DNA of 63,887 bases, counting the filler, from Octopus bimaculoides (taxonomy: Eukaryota), in NCBI RefSeq assembly GCF_001194135.2. It is 7 parts of 7 records of this genome, joined end to end, with 100 filler letters (N's around TTAATTAATTAA, not from the genome) between each part and the next. Parts side by side here need not be neighbours in the genome. Positions count along the whole stretch, not along the records: positions 19,567 to 28,861 come from NC_068999.1; positions 28,962 to 50,597 come from NC_068988.1; 5 more parts are not named here. One strand, 5' to 3'. Below are positions 26,350 through 39,001 of the stretch, in pieces. Both the position numbers and the translations under genes were made by a program. Position 1 is the first letter of the stretch. Every line of letters begins with the position of its first letter. A model generated the notes under the pieces. That model had not been told where the DNA came from, did not search any database, and saw only the letters and a program-made list of their open reading frames with translations.

Positions 26350-26589
26350 AAAATGGTATGATTGATTTTATTCCGGAGTATATCCTGGCAGTGAGTCATC
26401 CTGAAGTTAATTCTATGAAGGCACGTGAATGGTTTACACTAGAAGACGCCAACAATGACAATATCATCACAAAAGACGATATTGAGAAGATCGGATTGCG
26501 GATGGGTATGAGTGATGAAGAAATACGGGACAGCATGAGTTATTACGCTCTCGGTGACGAAAACGGTGATGGCAAGATCACTTGGTCAG
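26350..26589 (+). CDS. EF-hand Ca2+-binding protein exon (K-NGMIDFIPEY...DANNDNIITKDD...DENGDGKITWS)
   Basis: GTGTTGCAG acceptor, GTGAGA donor, 240 nt, phase 1-1; splicing rebuilds loop DLN|KNGMIDF across the intron. Confidence 0.88.
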
Positions 26590-27036
26590 GTGAGATATTG
26601 GTCGTTATTCTCTCCTTCTTACACCAGCTGTTTCTTTGTGTATCTATGTCTGTTTTTCTCCTTAGACATACATGCGCGCGCGTGCGCATGTGTAGAACAA
26701 TCTGTATATCCTACTTAACGTAGATTCACTGTAAGAACGCCATAATACTGCGGTAGCTGTCTTGAGAAAGCATCTCGTATAGACATATAGTGCTAAAAAA
26801 GGACAGAAGTATGAGACGAAAAATAACCAGCATCGGCAGTGGAACTGCTAGATCACGTAATTTCTGCAGATTTGTGCGTCATTAGCAGCAGGTATCCACT
26901 ATTACCGCATGTTAGCAAAACTTCGCCTCTAATGATATATAGAAAAGACAGTGACTAATTGGTCACTGGTGTCACAGATAGCTGGCGGGCTGGGTAAAAA
27001 TGAGTTAATAGCGACGGAAGCTGTATGAGTACCGAA

Positions 27037-27074
<38 letters not shown>

Positions 27075-28385
27075 NNNNNNNNNNNNNNNNNNNNNNNNNN
27101 NNNNNNNNNNNNNNNNNNNNNNNNNNNNNNNNNNNNNNNNNNNNNNNNNNNNNNNNNNNNNNNNNNNNNNNNNNNNNNNNNNNNNNNNNNNNNNNNNNNN
27201 NNNNNNNNNNNNNNNNNNNNNNNNNNNNNNNNNNNNNNNNNNNNNNNNNNNNNNNNNNNNNNNNNNNNNNNNNNNNNNNNNNNNNNNNNNNNNNNNNNNN
27301 NNNNNNNNNNNNNNNNNNNNNNNNNNNNNNNNNNNNNNNNNNNNNNNNNNNNNNNNNNNNNNNNNNNNNNNNNNNNNNNNNNNNNNNNNNNNNNNNNNNN
27401 NNNNNNNNNNNNNNNNNNNNNNNNNNNNNNNNNNNNNNNNNNNNNNNNNNNNNNNNNNNNNNNNNNNNNNNNNNNNNNNNNNNNNNNNNNNNNNNNNNNN
27501 NNNNNNNNNNNNNNNNNNNNNNNNNNNNNNNNNNNNNNNNNNNNNNNNNNNNNNNNNNNNNNNNNNNNNNNNNNNNNNNNNNNNNNNNNNNNNNNNNNNN
27601 NNNNNNNNNNNNNNNNNNNNNNNNNNNNNNNNNNNNNNNNNNNNNNNNNNNNNNNNNNNNNNNNNNNNNNNNNNNNNNNNNNNNNNNNNNNNNNNNNNNN
27701 NNNNNNNNNNNNNNNNNNNNNNNNNNNNNNNNNNNNNNNNNNNNNNNNNNNNNNNNNNNNNNNNNNNNNNNNNNNNNNNNNNNNNATATATATATATATA
27801 TATATATATATATACGACAGGCTTCTTTCAGTTTCCGACTACCAAATCCACTCACAAGGCTTTGGTCTGCCCGTGGCTTTAGTAGAAGACACTTGTCCAA
27901 GGTGTCACGCAGTGGGACTGAACTCGGAAGCATGTGGTTGAGAAGCAAGCTTCTTACCACACAACCACGTCTGCGCCTATTGTATGTAGTCATGTAATTA
28001 TGTGTGTGTGTGTGTCTGTGTATATGTGAGTGTGTGTGTGTGTGTGTATGTGTGTGTATGTGACGTATTGTAGAAGACGAGAGTATGCATCATTTTACAG
28101 TTTTGTCACAAAAAATTCACAATTTTGTTTAATGTTTTCCAAAGAATATCGATGTTTTAGCTTCGTATTTTTTGCGAGTCAGCAAATTATTCACAAATTT
28201 GAATACGTGAACCATTATTGTCTAATAATCGTCGATATATTGGAATAAGAAAGCAAGTGGAACTTTGTTTCATTATGTCTTTTTAATTTATATCTAATAT
28301 AAATTAGATTCGCTTGTTTAGGCAGCCATTTGTCTCTACACCGTTTCGAATTCTCTGTGCCAATCTCTCGTTCGTTTATTACCAA

Positions 28386-28621
28386 CAGTAATCCCTCGAA
28401 TCTCGCAGGTGTTACGTTACAGAACCTCTCACAGAAACAAATTCAAATCTAATAAAATATAAATACCTATCGGCCTCAGAAACCCGGATATAGTGAGTAG
28501 CTCGCGATATAAATTTACATATATTAGCCAGAAAAATCCGCGATGTACTGAGTACACGATAGGGGAACCGCGATGTACTGAGTACGCGATAGGTGAACCG
28601 CGATATAGCGAAGGATTACTG
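28386..28621. mobile_element. Tigger/pogo-type MITE
   Basis: TIRs CAGTAATCCCTCG / CGAAGGATTACTG with TA on the right; subterminal ~30-bp tandem CCGCGATGTACTGAGTAC repeats. Confidence 0.65.
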
Positions 28622-29141
28622 TATACTCCAACTTAAATTCCAACGTGAAATACAGTGAATTAAGCTCTATTTCTTTTCGTGGATAAAGACGAGGTTTTGT
28701 ACGTATCTTTATGAAAAAAGCAACTTTTGAAATTTTGTTTGATATAGGCGCAGGCGTGGCTGTGTGGTAAGAAGCTTGCTTCCCAGCCACATGGTTCCAG
28801 GTTCAGTCCCACTGCATGGCCCCTTCTACTATAGCCTCAGACCGACTCAAAACACGCATAANNNNNNNNNNNNNNNNNNNNNNNNNNNNNNNNNNNNNNN
28901 NNNNNTTAATTAATTAANNNNNNNNNNNNNNNNNNNNNNNNNNNNNNNNNNNNNNNNNNNNAAGTCAGTGAACATACGAAATTTAAATTCTATATAAAGA
29001 CAATCGTAAATTTTTAAAAGATCATAGAACTCATACATTTTGTTTATTTGTTTGTCCTGTATTGTACACATTTTTGTATCCGATCCATAGTGATCATAAT
29101 AAAAATTTATCATATTCATTTCTGTTGTCGATACACAAGCG

Positions 29142-29702
29142 TTGAGTTGTATTATACACTTGGTCTTCAACAACAAAATGGCACTTTGCAATTCATGTGA
29201 GTTAGCATTATACGATGGAGTTCGCCGATTTAATAATGACAGTGAGGCACTCGATTTTTTTCGTAAATACAATGTTATTCCCAGTACTGTAGATTGCCCT
29301 ACGTGTCATTTAAGTTGCACATTCTGGGAAAGCACAGGTATCTTCCGATGTCGAAAATTTGTTCGCCGGCGGAGACAAAGTTCTGTGGAATGTGGATATT
29401 CTGTATCCATGTACCAAAACACATTTTTAGAACATAGTCAGTTACCACTGTGGAAAGTTCTTCTCTATATTAATCATTTCCTTACGGAAGACTGGTCCCA
29501 TAGAACAATTATGGAAAATTTAAAAATTTCTTATCCGACCTCAGTTGATTGGAGATCCTTCTGTTCTGAGGTTTGTCAGCATTGGGTAGAGAATCACCAA
29601 GGCCAGATCGGTGGGCCTGGAGTGGAAGTGGAGATAGATGAGACGGTAATCGTGAGGAGAAAATATAATCATGGAAGAATGGTAAAAACTATATGGCTAT
29701 TC
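29142..29702 (+). mobile_element. Merlin (IS1595/ISXO2-like) transposase N-terminal part
   Basis: CPTC...FRC...EC Zn ligands, TFLEHSQLPLWKVL, VDWRSFCSEVC, IGGPGVEVEIDET..RRKYNHGR...WLF; stop-free; likely ATG at 29178. Confidence 0.88.
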
Positions 29703-31653
29703 AAACCCTTTAGTTTGACCGATATTATACTGACAACAGATGCAAGTGATTACGGTGTAGGAGCCATACTTCTGCACAAATATGATGATGGTTATAAAAA
29801 GGCTGTAGCCCATGCGTCACGATCATTATTACCAGCCGAAAGGAAGTATAGTCAAATAGAAAAGGAAGCATTAGCAGTCATATTCGGTGTGAAAAAATTC
29901 TATAGATTTATTCATGGAAGAAGTTTCTGTCTACAAACGAATCATCGCTCACTACTGTCAATATACAGTTCTAAAAAAGTAATACCAACACACACAGTGA
30001 ATAGACAACAACGATGAGGCACAAAATTATTGAATTATGACTACAAAATGGAATATTTACAATAAAAAAAAACGAGGGCATGCGGATAGTTTGTCTAGAC
30101 TGATACTGAAACACTGTTCTCTATTTGAAAATACTGTAATTTCAGCTTAAAGAGAAGAAAGAGAAATAAAAAATTGTAATGTGGTATGCACATTACTGGT
30201 AACCCTAGAAGACATAACACAGAATGCAGTGATGGACAAATTCATAACAGAAATGAAGAGAATACTGTGGTCGGTAGAAAGTAAATAAGAACAGAATTAG
30301 TACGAAATTAAACCAAAACGTGAACCTATACTCAATTTGTGATGGCATACTGGTGTATGCACAGAAAGTAGTGATACCTGAAACACTACAAAAGAAAATG
30401 TTGAGGGAATTTCATGTTGGATATCCTGGTATTTCGAGGATGAAAGCTTTAATGATGTCTACATGTACGGGTCAAAAATGGATAGAGAAATCAAAAATTT
30501 AGTGAAAAGCTGTAGAGAATGTGCTCTAGCTGCAAATTACTCGCAATAAAAAGTGAACCTTGACCAAAAGTAGACGTTCCATGGTCGAGACTACACATCG
30601 ATTTCACTGGTCCTTTAAACAGTTCTTACTACTTTAGTGGTAGTGGATAGTTTCTTGTGTAAAAAAAACCAACTTCCTCAACTATGACAATTTTTTTACT
30701 TTAGCTGTTTGCGAGATTTGACAACCCAGACATGACAGTGTTTTTTAATTTAAAAAGTTTTGTAAAACGTTCGCTGTAGAACGTGTAACTATGGTGCCAT
30801 ACCATCCCAGATCTAACCGACAAGCAGAACGCTTTGTCAATACATTCATGAGAGCCCCTAAGAAAATCAAATAAGGAAGTCACGGATGAGGCAGCTCTAC
30901 AACAATTCTTAAGAATATACCATGTGACACCAAATTCAAATACACCAGCGGATATGTCACCAGCGAAGCTGATGTTTGCTAGGAAAATAAAATCAGTCTT
31001 CAACAAATTGCTATCTGGCAAGAAAAGAAAAATTGCAAGGGAGAATACAGCAAGATTTTTCAAAATTGGCGGAAAGGTATTTGTGAAGGTATATAAGAAC
31101 GCAAAGTTGGGAAGATGGCATAATTACCAAATGCACAGGAAAAATGTTATACTTGGTAAAAAGTAGAAAAGAGACACAAGAACCAATTGATAAAAAGATT
31201 CATTGAGAGCGAATCCAAGAGAATGGAAGAACCAATAGAATGGTTATATGATACTTTTCAAGTACCAACACCACCAGAGGTGATTGAACCCAGGCACACA
31301 AGTGTAAGAAAAGGAAAATTAATGGAGTTCCTGGAAATGGATGCCAAATGAAAAAAATATTAAATGCGTAACTGTATTAAAAAAAACTCAGAAAAAGGGA
31401 GGTGGGGGATGTAAAAATTATTGCTATTAAAAGAAATAAAATTACACTCTCTAAGAAAAACAGAAAACTTAAAAATGGAGATGTTGTGGGGATAATAATG
31501 GTACATGTAACAAGCGGTATGTGTTGGTCGCAATATATAACGTGACATCACTCAGTATAAGGAGAGGACAAAGTAGATGTTCTTACCTAGTCATGTCTTT
31601 ACATGTCTAACAGCTATACTGCTATACTGAAGTGAGCATTATAAAATCCAACA
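29703..31653 (+). mobile_element. Ty3/Gypsy LTR retrotransposon 3' portion (RNase H, degenerate integrase, PPT, 3' LTR)
   Basis: LTTDASDYGVGAIL...AHASRSL..AERKYSQIEKEALAVIFGVKKF; LREFHVGYPGISRMK; WSRLHIDFTGP; YHVTPNSNTP...SPAKLMFARKIK. Confidence 0.88.
31482..31653 (+). repeat. Putative 3' LTR (TGTTG...CAACA, 172 bp)
   Basis: Preceded by purine tract AAAAATGGAGA; bounded by a 5-bp inverted TGTTG/CAACA; no 5' LTR is available for comparison. Confidence 0.5.
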
Positions 31654-32029
31654 TTAAGGATTACACTGCCATTTGATTAAAATTACAAATAAAATAGTCT
31701 TTCCTCCTTCAAGGAAAAAAGAAACGTTGAAAATGTCAACGCTTCAAAGAGTCATTGCAGCTACTGCTGTCCGTTTTCTTTTCTTACTTTCTTTTTTCTT
31801 CCCTTAATCATTTATACAACTTTCAAGTGTTGTAAACTGAAAGATAGAAATTCTCCCTATATTTTTATGAGATATTTTTTTAATCACAGGTACTTGATTT
31901 TGTTTTTCCTTAAAGGGTAAAATTACTATTTTATTTAAAATAAAATATTAATCTTTATCGTCTTAATCAAAAGGCAGAAAAACAGACAGAAAAACTATAG
32001 ACGAAGATCAGTTGCAATGGGAGGAGTTG

Positions 32030-32630
32030 AATCTCATAAGATTTGAAAATCAGACAACAAACACGTTGTACCTTATGAAACTCTTCTTAGAACATTCAAA
32101 TGTCACTGCAATGTTGTAATCGGTGCCTCAGTTAGGTCAATTAAGTACATCATCAAGTACACATTGAAAGGAAATGACCAAGCTGCTGTTCAAATAAGCA
32201 TTGATAATGAAATTAATCAATATCTAATGGGTAGGTATATTGGACCATCTAAAGCAGTTGCATCCATTTTAGGATTTACAATCATGAAAATGCACCTGCA
32301 ATAGTGAGACTACAAGGTCATCTATCAGATGAACAAAGAACATTGCTCATAAATAATGAAGATATATATGTCCGTCAATGAACGACATATGAGAACAACA
32401 TTGATAGAATTCTTCTCATTGTGCATCAATAGTGACTTTGCAAAAACATTACTTTATGCTGAAGTACCCATGTGTTTCCCTTGAAACAGTAACAAAGAAC
32501 AGAAAGCGAGGCAAAACAGTTGAAGGTCATTTGAACGCTTTCAAAGAAGAAACACTTGGTTGTGTTTATGTTGTCACATCAAAGGTAGGAGAACTGTATT
32601 ATTTAAGAATTTTATAGCATGAAGTTCAAA
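32030..32630 (+). mobile_element. Helitron Rep C-terminal region fragment
   Basis: DNKHVVPY...FKCHCNV...SVRSIKYIIKYTLKGNDQA...NEINQYLMGRYIG; TLLYAE; GELYYLRIL. Confidence 0.8.
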
Positions 32631-32719
32631 GTAGAATTTTTTCCTTTGCCGCCTCACATCGACATTTTCAACTTGGAGTGATTGTGATTCAACGGGTCAC
32701 AGGTACATCTAGTTTATAT

Positions 32720-32943
32720 GCAGATGTGGCTGAGTTTGCTTTCCAACTATATGGTTCCAGGTTTGGTCCCACTACATGGCACTGTAGGCAAGAACCTTCT
32801 ACTATAGCAGCCCTGTGTCAACCAAAGCCTTGTGAGTAGATTTGCTAAGCAGAAACTGGAAGAAGCTTGTCATATATATATATATAAAGAGAGAGAGAGA
32901 GAATGGATACACACGTGTGTGTGAGAGAGAGGGAGGATGCATA

Positions 32944-32977
<34 letters not shown>

Positions 32978-33250
32978 CTTGTATATATTTGTGTCCTCTT
33001 GTCTTGAACATCAAGTGATAGTTGTAAAATGATTGTCACTTTCATACACATAGTGTCATTCATTTCCAGTATTCTACCAGAGCATGTCTGGCTATAGAGA
33101 AATATTGCCTTCCCTGAAAATAGGTGAGGGTTGATGGCAGGAAGAGCATCCAACCACAGAAAATCTCTCTCAATAAAAGCTCCATTCTACCTATGCAGGC
33201 ATCAAAAGTGGATGTTAAAATGATGATGATGATAATGATGATGTTGATGA
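32720..33250 (+). mobile_element. SINE with the dominant-family tRNA head and an RTE-like 3' tail
   Basis: Same head as 3285; different body; ends GGCAGGAAGAGCATCC...GTGGATGTTAAAA(TGA)n like the RTE 3' UTR. Confidence 0.6.
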
Positions 33251-33613
33251 TGATATGTGTGTGTATAAATGTGTGTGTGTATGTGCATGTATAGGTTAGG
33301 ATAAATATATAGGTTATACTTCACTCTATTTAAGAAACATTTAAACTGCATTTTATCTCCTCTCATGATTTATTTCTGTTTAATGAGCAGTTTATTGGAA
33401 AAATATGCATTTTACATGTAATTATTAATTTTTAATGGAACATTCCTGAAAGAATTGTAATTTACTTTACATATGAAACAAAGTCCCATATTTAAAGCAG
33501 ATTAATAGCTGCTATATATGAAAATTTAGGCCTTCAGCCACTTTTGTAACTAAATTCTAATTAAATATGATAAAAATATATATTAGACACACACACACAC
33601 ACACACATATATA

Positions 33614-34720
33614 TTGGGTTATCCCATAAGTAATGTGGTTTTTATATTTCTTTTATTTTTCAAAATTAAGATAAACAAAGTTCTTTTTTAATCTAAAGTA
33701 TACTCTCTTCCATTTTCTACAGTGCTCTTCCATCTATCAAGTAGACATGCAAGGTCCCTCTTCCAAAATTCACATGTCCATGACGAAAAATTCTCCTCCA
33801 GTACTGTTCGAACCTCATCTACAGAATTCATATATTTACCATCATAATGATTTTGAAGAACACAGAATAAGTGATAATCAGATGGGGCAATGCCCTGTGA
33901 ATATGGTGGGTGGGGCATCGTTTCCCATTCAAACTGCTCCAGCCTTTAGAATGTTATCTTCGCTGTATGTGGCTGAGCATTATCCTGATGGAAGAACACC
34001 TTTCATCTTGAAACCAAAGATGGTCATTTTCCTTCTAGCACTGACTAAAGTCATTCAAGCTGCTCACAGTAGATCTTTGTTATCGTTTGGTTTGGCTTTA
34101 AAAGTTCAAAGTGGACTAAACCTTTCATATCCCACCAAACAGACAACAGCACCTTATGTGGGTGAAGACCTTCTTTAACCTGGGGTGCTGATGTTTCTCC
34201 TTTCTGTACCCACTGTCTTCAGTGCTTGACATTTTTATAGAGAACCCATTTCTTGTGACTAGTCACTATTAGGTCCAAAATAGGTTAATTCGTGAGATGT
34301 GACAGCAAAGAGGAGCACACATATACACTATGTTCATGATTAGACTTGGAAAATTTGTGAGGAACCCACTGACTTAATTTGCTGACTTTTCTGATGGCAC
34401 ACAGGTGTTGATGAATGGTTGAATGACCAAATCCAAGCTTCTCTGCTAGTTCTTCAACAGTTACAATGGGATTTTGTTCCACCAGGTTTTGGAGTATATC
34501 CTCATCAAGCTCTACAAATCTTCCATGACAAGGCTCATCTTCTAGGCTGCAGTTTCCAGCTCAGAATTTCTGGAACCACCATTGACACTGGCTTATGATT
34601 ATTATAATATAATTTTTTCTACATTTTTATAACTTAAGGCAAAAAATATGTGATATAAAAAATATATATCCTTTTGAAAGCTTCGAATATTGATTTCCTA
34701 ACTCCAACATATCTACATGN
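33614..34720 (-). mobile_element. Mariner transposon (third family), degenerate; far end not recognised before the gap
   Basis: TA|TTGGGTTATCCCATAAG TIR; PHPPYSQGIAPSDYHLF; TVEELAEKLGFGHSTIHQHL...LSQWVPH. Confidence 0.85.
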
Positions 34721-35196
34721 NNNNNNNNNNNNNNNNNNNNNNNNNNNNNNNNNNNNNNNNNNNNNNNNNNNNNNNNNNNNNNNNNNNNNNNNNNNNNNNN
34801 NNNNNNNNNNNNNNNNNNNNNNNNNNNNNNNNNNNNNNNNNNNNNNNNNNNNNNNNNNNNNNNNNNNNNNNNNNNNNNNNNNNNNNNNNNNNNNNNNNNN
34901 NNNNNNNNNNNNNNNNNNNNNNNNNNNNNNNNNNNNNNNNNNNNNNNNNNNNNNNNNNNNNNNNNNNNNNNNNNNNNNNNNNNNNNNNNNNNNNNNNNNN
35001 NNNNNNNNNNNNNNNNNNNNNNNNNNNNNNNNNNNNNNNNNNNNNNNNNNNNNNNNNNNNNNNTATATATATATATATATTAATAAATCTCAGGGTAGCA
35101 AAAAATTTAGAAATTCTATTTGCTACCAGTGGTCTAGCGAGAAGAAAAAAACTAGTCAATAGACTATATATTATATATTATTCATATAAATACTTA

Positions 35197-35809
35197 CAGT
35201 ATACATTTAAACACATAAGAGAGATATCCATAATAGGACATCTAACCTGCTAGAAGGAGCAGTCAAGCTCCAAACCACAGTTACGGATAATTTTGAAAGG
35301 GAATGAAAAATAAAAACATTTACCATCTATTTCCTGAACCAAGCTGTCAAGCTATTTTTACCAGAATAAAATAATTTGCAAGGCCAGCTATCATCAGCAG
35401 GAAAGCCAAGATTAACACATAAATACGAGGCACTATATAGAAACATGCCTCATGCTTATATGTTATAATTTTTCATATCTACCATGCATGTGCGGTTTTT
35501 TCTTATCGGCAGCAAATACAGAAAATGCCAATGAAAAATTATAACATACAAGCACGAGTCATGTTTCTATGTAGTGCCTCGTATTTATGTGTTAATCTTG
35601 GCTTTCCTGCTGATGATAGCTGGCCTTGCAAATTATCTTATTTTGCTAAAAGTAGCTTGAAAGCTTGGTTCAGGAAATAGATGGTAAATGTTTTTATTTT
35701 TCATTCCCTTTCGAAATTATCTCTAATTGTGGTATGGAGTTTGACTGCTCCTTCTAGCGAGTTAGATGTCCTATTATGGACCTCTCTCTTATGCGTTTAA
35801 ATGTACACT
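35197..35809. mobile_element. MITE with ~280-bp inverted arms
   Basis: GCTAGAAGGAGCAGTCAA...GCCAGCTATCATCAGCAGGAAAGCCAAGATTAACACATAAATACGAGGCAC mirrored by GTGCCTCGTATTTATGTGTTAATCTTGGCTTTCCTGCTGATGATAGCTGGC...TTGACTGCTCCTTCTAGC. Confidence 0.85.
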
Positions 35810-35829
35810 ATATATATATATATATATAT

Positions 35830-36450
35830 AACAGAAGTGATATCCTAAAACCAACTTGGTAAATGATAACCTCTGCCCCACCTTCATTTTCTCTGTCTCA
35901 TCAAGCTTCTCCCACATCTCATTTCCTACACTCATCACTTCTTTACTCTGATATTATTCAGCTACCAAAGTCACCTGAGAGCAAATTGGCACATACTATG
36001 CACCAACACACCGTTTTTGTTACCTGCTCTTTTCCTTCCCCTTCCCAGAACCACTTCCATTCTTCATTATCATTCTCCAGTCATGGATTCTCCTCTCTGT
36101 TGTACTCCATCCAGCCTTACACATCTTTCATTCCCTTTCTTTCCGATCCCCACACATATCTAATATAACTCCTCCTTCACTTCTCCTGAGCCACTCCTTT
36201 ATTTCTGATTTTCAATTGCTACTGCCACCTCTATCCCATCCAACCATGTCCCCTCGCATTCTTATGCAGTTTTCCCCTCTGTCCCCTCACCCAGACCAAT
36301 CTGCTGCATCACTTCACCTATATTCTCACTAACTGTACCTTAAGGGTGTGTACTGACACATATCCATCTCTCCCACTTTTTCTATCTAACACTTTCTCAA
36401 TTTCCTTTCTTCTCCAACTGAGATAGCCTTGTATCACTTCTATCCCTCTT
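35830..36450 (-). mobile_element. Possible degenerate LINE AP-endonuclease region
   Basis: Minus-strand mixed-frame peptides (RSG.GEV, WKWFWEG, KNGVLV) weakly resemble RTE endonuclease starts. Confidence 0.3.
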
Positions 36451-37289
36451 TTACACCTTTAACCTCTCATCAACTGGCACAAAACTAACTCCCTCAATAC
36501 TACTCCCCACAGTCAAGGGGACTTTGTCTTGTCTATCAAGTTACTTAGTGACTCCACTAGTGCTGATACAGGTGCCATGAGAAAAGTATTCAGTACACTC
36601 TGTAAAGTGTTTGGCATTAGGAAGGGCATCCAGCTGTAGAAACCATACTAAAACAGACAATAGAACTTAGCATAGCCCTCTGGATTTCCAGCTTTTGTCA
36701 AACCATCCAGCCCCTGCTAGCATGGAGGACAGACATTAATTTGCAAGACCCCAGGTTTACAAGTTTTATTTTATAATAAATATAAAAAGGTTAAACAGCC
36801 ATTTTGTATGCGTAGTACAACTCAGTCTAATGATTGAAACAAATAAAAGATACAAGATGAAAGATAAACTGTTACTCAGTTTCATGTGAGCATTCATCAG
36901 ACAGTTGTGATAATACTTACTAATTAAATTATGTGAGTATTTATAATGTAATATAAGATAGTCTTTACAGTTCAATGAATAAGCATTTCAATCTGATTGG
37001 GTAAGCAATTTCAAAAATTATAACTGTGTAAAATTGGCTGCCAGTGGTGGGGTTGACTTTAGTGGAAAAATATATATCAACAATAATTAAATTAAAAAAT
37101 TGTGTAAAGCAAGTAAATAAAAAAAAAAAAGAATATAATAGAATGTATCCAGAAATGAGAATTGCATATAAATAGAAGAAATGAAATAGAAGTTTAAAAG
37201 AGGAGTTAAACATTAAAGATTAAAAACTGTGGATGAGAATAGAATAAGTAAACAAGTAAATATATATATATATATATAATAATTATATT

Positions 37290-37562
37290 CATCAAAAGAA
37301 TGGGCTTAAAGATCACAATCAACATGAATCTTAGAAGTTATCAAAGATTGAAGAGTTTTAAGCCCTTTCGTAAGCCTAATGAAAAGCTTTTCTGTATTAA
37401 TAAAGGATCTAATCACCCACCCTGTATTCTTAAAAATCTGGCTTGTAACATAGTAAAGTACATTTTCACATAGCCATTGGACAAGGCAGCTTTTGACGAT
37501 ACCTCCACATATGATAATGATACACTGCAAAATAGTGGCTTCTCAGTGAAGATCCTCCATAT
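37290..37562 (+). mobile_element. Penelope-like element, part 1 (RT thumb)
   Basis: FKPFRKPNEKLFCINKGSNHPPCILKNL...TLQNSGFS. Confidence 0.75.
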
Positions 37563-38993
37563 AAGGAGTCACCAAACTTTTTTCACAGTGGGCCAGATAA
37601 ATGAGAGAATGACGAGCAATGGCCGCATAACCATTTTCTTCTATATGATACAGTGAATACATGATAAAATAAAAGCAGCCAACATATTTATTTACCAATA
37701 AGTTATCAAAGGTGATGTTAGTAATAAGATAGTTATATCACACCCAGAACGCACATATCCAAAATCTCACAAACTAAGCAGCAAAAAAGGTTAGTGAGAT
37801 TTGTGAAACTGGTGTTTAGCTTTGAAGATATCATCAATATTTGCTTTGGAATTGCTGCATTCAGCCAAGAGAATTGCTTGGAAATGTTCATCAGTTAACC
37901 TCGTTCAATGTGCTGACTTCACATGAGGTCTGATCAATAAGTATCCGGACTATTGTTATAGTAATAAATCTAAGACACACAGAGTGAAGCTGCTGGGCAT
38001 AGATTGATCTTGTGCTCTGCTGTGCATGCACACTAAGTTTTAACATTCTAGCTCACTTTTGCTGTTTAGAGCAGTGCTTGGAAGGTAGGTAGGTAGGTGG
38101 TGTGTGATCATCACATTGACCATGACAGAGAAAGTTGTCATGGTGATACCTGCTCAGAGGCCTATGCAAAGTTGCAGAAAGTGTACAGAGAGGAGCGTAT
38201 GAGCTGCACACCAGTGTACAAGTGGTTCAGGCGTTTCTAAGATGGCCTAAAAAATGTCAATAGTGATGAACATTCTGGGAGACCCACAACCAGCAGAAAT
38301 GAGAAAAACTTTGCAGATGTGCATGCAGCTCTGAGGAGATATCGTCAAATCACCATCCGTGAGTTATCAGAGGATATGCAGTTAGTTACGGTTCAGTTCA
38401 GTCCATTATCACTGAAGATTTGGGTAAGAGATATGTGTCTGCCAAATTTGTGTCTAAACTGCTTTCAGCTGACCAAAATGACACTCGTGTTTCAGTTGCA
38501 CAAGATTTTCCTTGACTGTGTCGAGAACAATGAAAACGTTTTGAAAACTTTGCGTAGGCCTCTGAGCAGGTACTGCCAAGCTTTTGACAAAATTTGATGC
38601 AGATTCTCTGCTCAACTTACCCTGTCATGGTCAATGCAGTGAACACACGCTGCACACTTTCCTTCCAAGCACTGCTGTAGACAGCAGAAGTGATCTAGAA
38701 CGTTAAAATTTAGTGCACATGCACAACAGAGTTCAAGGTCAATCTGTGTCAAGCAGCTTTACTCTGCATGCTTTAGTTTCATTACTATAGTAACGGTCCG
38801 GAAACTTATTGATCAGGCTACATATACTTCATTTTTGAAAATGTTTGCTCACAAACATAATTTGTTCCAAACACTGATGCCATACCAGAGGCAAATGCAG
38901 GAACTTACACAAAAGGTACAGAGCTGTGGCGGGCCAGATGAACTGACCTCATGGGCCGGATCCAGCCCGTGGGCTGTAGTTTGGTGACCCCTG
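37563..38993. mobile_element. hAT (Charlie-type) non-autonomous element
   Basis: TIRs AAGGAGTCACCAAACT / AGTTTGGTGACCCCTG; 8-bp TSD CTCCATAT / CTCTATAT. Confidence 0.8.
37924..38822 (+). mobile_element. Internally deleted mariner with ~170-bp extended inverted arms
   Basis: GAGGTCTGATCAATAAGTATCCGGAC / GTCCGGAAACTTATTGATCAGG; internal VYKWFRRF...HSGRPTTS...RQITIRELSED...SAKFV. Confidence 0.85.
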
Positions 38994-39001
38994 CTCTATA
39001 T

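Noticed and set aside
28520-28621. CRISPR-like short direct repeats (also 56526-56594 and 60785-60849)
   Set aside because: Eukaryotic context, tandem units without unique spacers, no cas genes
26590-28861. Terminal exon of the EF-hand gene
   Set aside because: Several AG sites were tested and none gave a convincing EF-hand exit helix; it probably lies in the 27075-27786 gap or beyond the spacer
29142-29702. Bacterial IS1595 contamination or horizontal transfer
   Set aside because: The motifs fit eukaryotic Merlin elements, and the sequence is continuous with a eukaryotic Gypsy element
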